Shown here piece by piece: positions 1 to 10,100 of a DNA stretch of 25,697 nt. Position numbers and translations under genes: made by a program. The stretch is from Saprolegnia diclina VS20. Taxonomy: Eukaryota. Positions within the stretch are counted from its first letter, which is position 1, and every line of letters starts with the position of its first letter. The notes under the pieces were generated by a model that worked only from the letters and a program-made list of their open reading frames with translations, searched no databases and was not told where the DNA came from. The DNA lies in contig NW_008246112.1 in assembly GCF_000281045.1 (NCBI RefSeq), forward strand, positions 387,436 through 413,132, written 5' to 3'.

Positions 1-228
1 GTGGACTATGCGCTCGGCGTCTTGATCCCGATCCACGCGCACGTCAGCATGAACGCGGTCCTCTCGGACTACATCCCCAAGGTGCACCAGCTCCCGTTCC
101 GCCTCTCGGCGCTCGCGGGCTCGGCGGCCTTCTTCCTCGGCCTCATGGTCGTCAACGTCAACGGCGTCGGCATCACGGAGTCGGTCAAGACCATCTGGCG
201 CGAAGCCCCGAAGAAGGAGTCGCACTAA
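1..228 (+). CDS. SDHD: Succinate dehydrogenase cytochrome b small subunit (CybS/SDH4), 3' part; 5' end lies outside the window
   Basis: Translation VDYALGVLIPIHAHVSMNAVLSDYIPK...GITESVKTIW shows the CybS pattern: HxH with the heme His, then the quinone-site DY, a hydrophobic helix and the C-terminal 'G(I/L)TE.VK.(I/L)W' motif. Stop TAA at 226-228. Confidence 0.9.
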   Translation: MDYALGVLIPIHAHVSMNAVLSDYIPKVHQLPFRLSALAGSAAFFLGLMVVNVNGVGITESVKTIWREAPKKESH

Positions 229-289
229 GCAGGACCCTTGACACCTATTAAATGTAGAACGAGTGCCAATGCTTTTTCTACGTGCAGTA

Positions 290-828
290 TTATGCTTCCA
301 CAGGCTTGGCGATAAGGACTTTGGCCTCGCCCGAAATCGCGATCTCGCCTTCCTTGTTGATGCACTGCGTCGCGCACACCACGAGGCGCATGCGCGCCTT
401 CACCTGCGTTACCTCGATGCGGATCGTGAGCGGGTCATCCACGAAGATGGGCTTGTGGAAGCGGAGGCTTTGGCTCACGTACACGGAGCCCGGCATGGTC
501 GCGCCAAAGACCGATGGAAAGAGGCTCGAGACGAGGATGCCATGGACGACCGGCTTGCCAAAGGGTGTCGTGGCGCAGAAGGAAGCGTCGAGATGGAGCG
601 GGTTCGTATCGCCCGTCAAGGTCGCAAAGGCCTGCACGTCATGGGCGTGGAACGTGTGGTGGATCTCGGCGCCGACGCCGACGCCGGGCAGCGCGCCTGC
701 CGGGACCTGCGCCCATGAGACGTCGGCGAGATGCAAGCGAGGAAGCGTACCTCGGTGAGGCGACCGACGACGTGGATGTATCGGCGGCCCGCATGGGCCC
801 CCCGGTAGACGCGACGAGTTGCCAGCAT
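290..828 (-). CDS. MaoC-family (hotdog fold) (R)-hydratase / hydroxyacyl-thioester dehydratase, probably mitochondrial; 2 exons (828-751, 706-290), ~164 aa
   Basis: Hydratase-2 motif FATLTGDTNPLHLD...FGKPVVHGIL, then PGSVYVSQSLRFHKPIFVDD. A 44-nt GT..AG intron (750-707, phase 0) joins an Arg-rich N-terminus almost free of acidic residues (MLATRRVYRGAHAGRRYIHVVGRLTE) that resembles a mitochondrial presequence. Confidence 0.88.
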
Positions 829-1157
829 CTTGGGTCTCGACACTCTGGGTTGGATGCCGAAAATAAGGCGTAGCAAATGTGGCATGCACCGATAACGGAA
901 CGCAAGCTCGCAGCACGATGCAACACCCATCCGCGGGTCTTGACTGCAAGTCCACTGCAGTGCACGCAAGACCTTTGTGAGTGCCACTGCCCTGGGTATC
1001 GTGCACTTGTGTGCTCGTGTCGTATGGTCTAGTTTCGGCATATGCCGATTTTGAAAACAGGCTGACGGCGTCATTTTACGTGCACACATTGTCATGCGAC
1101 CGATTTGAAATACAAAAACAGACAAAATATATCTCTACAAACATATACACTAGGCGA

Positions 1158-4100
1158 CTAGAGCTGATCGTCAATGTCAAATTGACCGCCCGAACTCGAA
1201 GAATGGCGCGTCAAGCGCGCGAGGATGAGCTCCACGAGCTGCGTCCGTTCCACGCTCGACAGCTCGACCTATGACATGGTATGAGCACATTGCACCAAAG
1301 ATGAATCTCGTCGTACGAGCGGCTTCTCAAAGCGCTGCAACAGCGGCGATGCGCTCGACACTTGAATGGCTTGGAGGGTCTCGGTGTCAATGTTGAAGAC
1401 GTCGACAAGGAGCCCGAGCTTGGTCGGCGTGTAGCCGATGGCGACCGAGACCGACGCGCCGCCAACGTTCTTGACGCCTTGGTACAACAGCGCCGCAGAA
1501 CTCATGGTCGTGCTCGACGGCGGCGGCGTCTTGGCCGCCACCGGCGCATACGGCTGTGTTGGTCGACGCTCGAGCTTCATCGTCGGGGCGAACGCGAGGC
1601 TGCCCGTCTTGCGCAGCGCCGCCATGCTCTGTGTGGCGTTCTGGCCCGTCTCGGTCGCCAAGTCGCTCACAAATCGCTCCTTGAGTGTCTTGCCATTGGA
1701 CGTGGTGATCGTCGTCGCGTCCTCTTCCTGCCATTTTGGGCGCGGGATGGGGCGGAAGCCCGGCATGGCGCGCTCGAGCTTGGTGTCCGTCTTGAGCGGC
1801 GCGGCGGTCGCGGGCACGAGCATGCTCTGGTTGGCGGAGGCCTGGTGCATGAGGAGGCCATGGTACGCCTCGAGCTTGGCTTGCATTTCGTTGGAAATAG
1901 CCTCGTGCTGGGACACGAGCTCCTTGAAGAAGCTGTCTTTGAGTGCGACCTCCATCGCGGTCGTCTCCTTCTCTGCGATCGCGTCGGCGAGTCGCAGCTG
2001 CAACACCCGCGCGTCCTTCTCGGCGGACGCCGGATCCTGCGCGACCGACCGCCGAAGGAACTGAAGCACATCGAGGGTGCGCTCGCGCTGCGTGCTCATC
2101 GCGACGTTGAGGATCGTGTTGGCCTTGGCGAGGAAGAGGTGGAACTGGAGGCGCGCGACCGCGTTCGTCTTCTCCAAGCTGTCAATGTACCACGGTACAA
2201 TGTCGGTCCCGGGCGTCCATTCGACCGTGTACCATTGCACCTATCCGGGCCCGCTTCAAACCCAGCGCAAGAGGACGAGGTGCGTACATCAAAGGGCAAG
2301 AACGGCGCGAGGTCCCGCTGGAGCGCGTCAAACGAGCCCAAGACAAACTCCTTCATGCGCTTGAGCTCCTTGATGCACCCGAGGATCGCTTGCGAAAGCT
2401 CTGTTGGCAGTACAAAGGTGCTCCTACGTCGGTTACGCTCCGTAACGTGGCATGACAGATCCGCTCCGTACGTTTTCGGCGGCGTCAACAGCTGCGTCAC
2501 GCTGCGAATCGATGTGTACACGAGCTCCATGAGCATGCGGTCGCGGTCGACAAACCGCGCAAAGAAGGCGGCCTTGTCCTGCGGGTCTTTGGTATTGTCG
2601 CCCGCCGCATGTGTCTACAATGCACATGACAATCTGTCCACAATGCATTGGCAACGTACGTTGAGTGCCGATTGAAGATACGTCATGGTCGCATCGTACT
2701 CGGCCTGCTCCTTGAGTTTCGCATTACGCAGTGACGTGACTTCGGCTTCGAGTTGTGCCAACTGACTTCGGGTCTCGGCCGTCATGCGTGCAATCTGGGC
2801 CGCGCAGTCGGTCTTGGTTGTCTCAAGCGCGTCACGGCTCGTCTGCTGCACTGCGGCCACGTCCGTGACGCGCGCCTTCTCGGCCTTTTCCAGTTTCTAG
2901 CAATCAGAACTTAGTATCTGTCACGATGATAACGACTAAGATTTTACCGCCGCCCAGTCGCGAAGCGTCGCATCGAGCGTCGCGGCGGCTTCTCGCTGCA
3001 CAGCTTCCATGGCGGCGACGTGGTGCGCGAGGTCTTGTTCGTGGGCTTGTTTTCGGCGGTAGAACGCCACGTCCATGTCCCGGCCTTCCTGAAGCTTGCG
3101 ATCGAGGGCTGCAAAGAACGTCGCGGTGCTCTCGGGCGTGGCCTGGAACGGACACGCGTACTTGACACCGAGCCCGGAAAGCCGCGTCTATCATGGACCA
3201 TTCATGTCCATTCTCAAGCGGTATCGTTTTTGGTATAGCATTACCTCGTAGTCTTGAAGGGCTTTCTGCATGAGCTCCATCGAGCCTTGCAGAGCATTGT
3301 TGTTGGCGTCCGTGTTCATTTTCTGCCGCGCCATGTCGCGGTGCTTGGCGCCGAGCTCGACAAACGACGCGAGTACTCCGACGATTTCGTCTGCCGTGCA
3401 GAGCCCGTCGCGCCCCAAGGCGGTCGCGGCGCGTGCGCGGAGGTCCCGGTAGTCGCCAATGTAACCGAGAATCTCCTTGGGCGTGCTCCACAGCGTTGTC
3501 TCGCTCGAGCTCCACAGTTTTGTGACCTACGTGTCGCATGAGTTTCACAAGCAACATGCACACAGATCACGGTACGTCGGCGCGGAGCGTTTGGTGGGTT
3601 TCAACCACGTGGAGAATGTCCTTGGCGTGCAAGACCGCCTCGGTCATGCGCAATTGGGTCGCAACGTCGAGCTTGAGCTGCGTGTACTCTTGGACGAGGC
3701 GCATGATCTGCGCATGGTTGAGCGTGTCCCGCGGCACGTGGAGGATCGTGGACACTTGGTTGCGAAAGTTGTAGGCTTCTTGGAGCGCTGACGTGATGTG
3801 CACGTCGGCCACATCAGCAACGTCCGTGGCCCAAATCGCTGCAATGTCGACGCGCAGTTTGCGGCTCTCTTCGACGACCTACGCACGATGACATCTCCAA
3901 AATGACGTGATCATGTCCGACCTTGATGATGCCGTCGGCCGAGATGAGTGTGTCGGCCGCTTTCGGCGCGAGCGTGTGCGTCACCGTGACGCGTACCTTG
4001 TGAAAGTCCTGGACGAGCCCCAGGATCGACTTGGCGTTCGTGAGCGCCTTCTCCGTGTTGACGGTAGCGGCAACTTGAACTCGGAGCTTTTCGTATTCGT

Positions 4101-7100
4101 CCACGAGATCGAGAAGTGTCGCAGTATCGACGTTCTCTTTGGCGAGTGCAATGCCGGCTTGGGTCAAATGGCTCTGGTACTCGTCAATGTAGTGGTAAAT
4201 CTGCACGGCGCCAATCTAGGCAAATCATCACAATATAAAGTCAAAATCAAAAGTACCTTTGGGAGCTGAAGTCGTGACTTGAGTTGGGATTGCAGGCCCA
4301 CAAATTCTTCAATGAACGCCACCATCTCTGCCTCCGTGCACGTTAGTCGCCCACACCCGAGTGCTACACAACACGGACGCGTAAGACGAAGCACGGACGA
4401 CATCTATTAGATGCGTTACGTAGTACCTTGCGCGACATGGGTTCGGCACGACTGCCACTCGCGGAGCGCAGATAGGATCTCGGGCTCGTTCAAATGCCCC
4501 CTAAAATCAGACAAATCATGAGCCCACCATCCCAAGGACGGCACAAATTAGCGTACGAGGCTTGAAGAATACGACCCGCTTCGACGCGGATCGTTTGGTA
4601 CGTATTGAGCACCGAGAGGACATGCGCTGTGCTCGGTGTACCACTGACATCGGTGAGCACGCTCGGGTACGCATTGAGCAGTTGGTCGTGCTCCAGCACG
4701 ACCCGAATCACATTGTCCATCGTATCAACACGGTCTTTGGCAGCTCCGAGACTGCTCCAGAGCTTGTCATTATCGCGAACGACGACGTCGAGGGCCTCCA
4801 TGCTCATGAGGCGGCCCGATACCTTGGCAAAGCGCTGCCTCTCGGTCGCAAGGTCGAGGATCGCGGCCACAAACGCTTGGAGATCGTCAAGCGTCGCCAT
4901 TGCTTCGCACTCGGTGCCCAAGTTGGGGTGGTACTGCTCACTGAGTAGGGGGGTCCACGCCTCCTTCATGCGCTTGAGCACAAAATTGCCAGTGAGCGCT
5001 GCCGTGAGGTCTTGGCCCATCCCCGCCAGCTCTACAACCACATGAATTGGCGCCCAAACATGGCGCTTCGCACCTCGGAAGAGCGTCACGCGCAACTCAT
5101 CTTGCTCGGTGGCCTCTTGCTTGTGCGATTTGACGGCCTTCTCGTGCACTTGTCGGAGCGATCGCAGCGCATCCTGCGTCGCGTCCCAGCCCTCCACAGT
5201 TGCCAACAGCTCTAGTGATGATTGAGTACAAGCTAGCCGATATGCGAGCAACGCACGGGTCTCGAGGGCTTCCGATGTCATTGCGATCGTGTTGTACGCT
5301 TCGGTGGCCGCCTCAGCGTCGCGGGCGCGGGCTTCTTGCCACGTACATCGCTCCTTCTCATGTGCCGCCGTGAAGGCGGCAACCTGGGCTTCAAGGACGG
5401 CCGTCGCTGCTGTCAGGGCCTTAGCATGGTCTTGCTGCGCCAAGTCGAGCTGCTGATGCAACTCGGCGATCGCAGCGGCGTGGGCATCTTTGGCCGCGGT
5501 CGTCGCCGCGTCATGGGCTGTCTCAAGGTCGGCGATTTGCTTTTCCAGACGCGAGACGAGGCTCGCATTCGCGTCTTTCATCGCGTCCAGCGACGCCTCG
5601 CACGCGGCGTTGGTTCGGTCAATGTCGGCGTGGTATGCCTCGAGACTTGCCGCGTACTGAGCGTCGTAAAAGGCCTGGTTGGATCGTATCTGGTTCTCGT
5701 ACGAGGCTTTGGACTCTGCGAGTTGCGCTTCGTACGACGCCTTGGACTCGCTGAGCTGCGTCTCGTAGCTGGACGTGCAGCTGCTCAGCGTGGCCTGCGC
5801 CGACGCATTCGTCTCGGAAAGCGTCAGCGCCGCGTTGGACTTGAGGTCACTCAACTGCGTCTCGTAAGCTGTTTTCAGCGCGCTCAATTGCGCTTCGTAC
5901 GCACTTCTGACGTCAATGAGCTCGGTCTCGTACTTGAGCGTATGCTCCCGGAGCTGCGTTTCATAGCTCGATTTGGTCCCGCGCGTCTCGGTCTCGCAGC
6001 GAGACGTCGTGTCGGTGAGCTGGGCTTCGTACGCGCGCTTGGTCTCGCGCAGCTGCGTTTCATACCGTGTCGTCGTGTCACTGAGGTGCGTCTCGTAGTG
6101 CGTCGTCGTCTCACGGAGCTGCGTCTCGTAGCGCATAGTGGTCTCGCTCAGCTGCGACTCGTACCGCGTGGTCGTCGACCGCAGCGTGCTCTCGTAGCTG
6201 CTCTTGGTGCTGCTGAGCTCGGCCTCATACGACGTCGTCTTGTCGTGCAAAAGACCTTCGTAGTGCGTCGTGGCGCTCGCCAGCGCAGCATCGTGGGCCG
6301 CAGCGGCGTTGCGCAACGTCGCCTCGTAGCGCGTAGTTGTGTCTTCCAGCGTTGCTTCGTACTGACGGGTTTGGGCCGCCAACGTGGTCTCGTACGTAGC
6401 GGTCGTCTCGCGCAGCGTGGTGTCCGTCAATGATTGAAGCGCCGAGAGCTGCGCTTCGTAGCGACTCGTGGTCGACGCCATTTCGCTCTCATGGGCGCTC
6501 TTGTTCGCCGTCCGCTCGGCGTCGGCTATGGTCAACGCATCGCACAGCTGCGTCTCGAGCGATGTCTTGGTCTCGGCGAGCTCCGCCGCGTGTACGCGCG
6601 CCGCCTCGGCGAGCTCGGTCGAGTATTGCGTCATTGTGTCCGTGAGCTGCGTCTCGTAGTTGCGCGTGCTCGTTGCGATTTCCTCTTCGTACCGACTCGT
6701 TGTGTCGGCGAGGAGCGTCTCGTAGTGCTCAGTTGTCCGCTGCAACTGCCGTTCGAGCGACGTGGTAGAGTCGACCAGCTGCGTCTCGAGCGATGTCTTC
6801 GTGTCGAACAGCTGCGCTTCGAGCGCCGTTCTTGTCTCTAAAAGCTCAGCAGCGCTCGAGGCCACAAGCGCAGCGATCCGAGCTTCGTACTCGGCCTTCG
6901 TATCGCTCAAAAGCGTCTCGTAGCCGATGGTAACGTCCCGCAGCCGCACCTCGAGCCGCTCAGTTGTCGCCAACAGCTCGGCCTTTAACCCCTCGACCTC
7001 GGCCGTGTGCGCGGCGACCTTGGCGTCCGTGGCGGCTTGGTGCTGCACGACTGCATCGGCCATCCGCGCCTCGTAGCGGTACGTAGCGTCACGCAGCTGG

Positions 7101-10100
7101 ACTTCGTAGCGCGCCGTCACCTCGGTCACCTGCGCGTCGCAGCTCCGCTTGGCCTCGACTCGTTCATTGTTGAAGTCGATCGTGGTGGCGTGAAGACGCG
7201 CTTCGAGAACCTCGGCCGTCTCGCGGAGCTTGGTCTCATACGCCGACGTGAGGGTCGCTACTTCTGCGCGGTGCGCGTCCTTGGCCGCACCGACCTCCGC
7301 TTCCAACCGGGCTCGGGTTTCATCAAGTTCGGTCTGTAGCTGCGATGTGGTCTCGGTGAACGTTGCTTCGTGCTGTGCAGTCGTGTCCTGTAGCTGCGTC
7401 GTGAGAGACTCCTTTGTCGTTGCGAGTGCCTCTTCGTATTTCCCGATCGTGGTCGCGAGCTGTGTTTCGAGCGCCGTCTTGGTCTCGGCAAGCTCGGCTT
7501 CCAGCGTATCTTTGGTCTCCCGCAAAGCCGTCTCGAGCCGGTCGGTGGTCTCTCGCAGCGTGGTCTCGTAGCTCAGCGTCTTATCGAGAAGTGTGGCTTC
7601 GTGTGTCGCTTTAGCGCTCGCCAGCGTCGTCTCGTAGTTCTCGATCGTTGCGCTCAACGTGGCTTCGTAGTTGGCACTCGACGACGCGAGCTTGGTCTCG
7701 TAACTCTCTGTCGTCTCGCGCAAAAGCGTGCCCGCGGCTACCTTTGTGTCGCTCAGTACCGTCTCGTGCTGGCTGACGGTGCTACTGAGATTGCTCTCGT
7801 GCGCCTCGAGCGTCTCGTGCAGCTTGGCTTCATAGCCGCTGATCGTGTCGCGGAGCTTTGCTTCGTAGCTTTCGATCGTCTCGGCCAACATTGTCTCGTA
7901 CTTGGTCGTTGTCGCGTGCAGCGTTGCTTCGTACTCGGTCGTCGACGCGTGCAACGTGGCTTCGTACGACGCCTTTGTGTCGCTCAGTTGCGTCTCATAC
8001 GAGCTCGTCGTGCTGGTCTGCTCCGACTCGTGCGCGTGCTTGGCCTCGCTGAGCATCGTCTCGTAGCGCCCGATGGTCTCGGTGAGCTGCTTCTCGTAGC
8101 GCCCGATCGTGTCGTCCAGCTGCTTCTCGTACCGCGTAATTGTGTCGTGAAACTGCGTCTCGTACCGACTGCGCGCGTCTGCAAACTGGTTTTCATATCG
8201 CACCGTCGTGTCGCCGAGCTGCGCTTCGTAATTCGCGATAGTGTGGCTCAGTTGCGCGTCGTGGACCGCCTTGGCATCGGCGATTTCGGCTTCCAACGCC
8301 TTTTTGACATCGATCGTGGCCGTCTTGGCCGCGGTGAGCTCGGCGTCGTAGGCGGTTTGGTTGGCTGCGATCTGCGCGTCGTAGCTCGCGATTGAGTCGG
8401 CCAGTTGGGCTTCGTATGCAGCGGCCGACTCGGTCAGCTGCGCATCGTGGGCCGCTGCAGTCTCGGCAATACTCGCTTCGAGCTTCGCAATGGTGTCTTG
8501 GAGTTGCGTCTCATAGGCCGACGTGTTGTCGCTCAATCGGGCTTCGTACTTGGCCGTGATGTCGCTCAGCGTTGCGCTGTGCTCGGTGCCCATGTCGCTG
8601 AGCCGCGACTCGTAGTCGGCTTCCATGAGCCGCAGCTGGGTTTCATAATCGGACTCCATCTCTTCGAGCTGCCCTTCGTACGTGGCCGTGGACTCGCGTA
8701 GCATGGTCTCAGCTTCAGTGAGGCGCGTTTCGAGGTCTGACCGGGTCTCATTGAGCTGCGTTTCAAGCAACGTCGTTGTCGTTGCGAGCGTCGCTTCGTA
8801 CTTGGCATTTGTCTCGGCCAATGACGCTTCGTAGTTGGCGAGCGCGCTCTGCAGCTGGATCTCGTACCCGACTTTGCACTTGGTGAGCTGCGTCTCGTAC
8901 ACCGACGACGACGACGCGAGCTGGCTCGCGCACCGGCCACCGTACTCGGTGAGTTGCATCTCGTAGCGCGCAATCGTCTCGCATAGCTGGGCTTCGTACC
9001 GTGCCTTCATCTCGCCCACTTGGCCTTCGTACCCATGCACCTGCGTGTCGTAGGACGCAACCGTGGCCGCGATCGCATCGTCGTGCTCTTGCTTGCGCCG
9101 AGAGAGCGTCGCTTCGTACTCGGCCTGTCGATTCGCGAGCGTCGAGTCGTACTCAAACTGACGGCTGCCGAGCGTCGACTCGTACTCAAACTGGCGGCTC
9201 ATGAGCGTTGTCTCGTACTCGTGCTTGCGCGCGGCTAGGGTCTCGTCGTAGACTTCCTTGCGCTTGGCCAAGACCTCTTCGTACTGAGCCTTCCGCGCCG
9301 CCATGCCGTCCTCATACTCAGCCGTGCAGTGCGCCAGCGTTTCTTCGTATGCATCCTGGCGCTGCTTTAGCGTCGCCTCGTACTCGCGCTTGCAGCTCGT
9401 GAGCTGCTCGTCATGCGTCAAGTGGCTCAGCCGCAGCGCATCGGCCGTCTCGGCTTTGAGCGTCGCGAGTTGCTCCTTGTAGGACGCAATGGTCGACGCC
9501 AAGCACTCTTCGAGCGCTGCGATCTGCACGGCGCTCTTGGCAGTCGCGGCCTCGAGCGTAGCTGCCGACGACGTCAGCGTGTCGCTCATGTTCTTGTCGT
9601 ACACGGCTTTTGCCGCACTCAACTGGCTTTGGTACGACGCAATCGAGGTTGCGAGCTCGGCGGCGGCTGTCGCTTCGGCGGCCATCAAGCGCTCCTTGCC
9701 GTTGGTCTCGGCCGCCTCGAGCTTGGCCTTGTACGAGGCTTCCGTCGCGTCGAGCTTGTCCTTGAGGCTCGTCTCGGTGCGGAGGAGCTTGTCTTGGTAA
9801 AACGCCTCGGTGGACGCGAGCTTGGCTTTGAGCGCGCACTCGGTGGCGTCGATCGCCGCCTTGTAGCTCGCTTCGCTGGACCCGAGTTTGTCCTTGAGAG
9901 CCACCTCGGTAGCGTCAATCTGGGCCTTTAGAGCCGCCTCGGTCGTCGCCAGCTTGTGTTTGTGCTCAGCGCTAGCCTCGGCCATTTGCTCGGCGTACGA
10001 GGCGTGCGTTTCACTCAGCTGGGCTTCGTACGCAGCTGTACTAGCGCTCAAGCGGCCCGAGTAGTCGTCGACGCACGCCGCGTATTCTCGCTCGTGCGTC

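Noticed and set aside
829..1006. N-terminal extension of the 238-aa MaoC ORF
   Set aside because: Not protein-like; the spliced model from ATG 828 gives a better presequence and a canonical intron.
4404..4426. Alternative 23-nt intron using the AG at 4404
   Set aside because: Far shorter than all other introns here and out of phase; the acceptor at 4364 preserves the frame.
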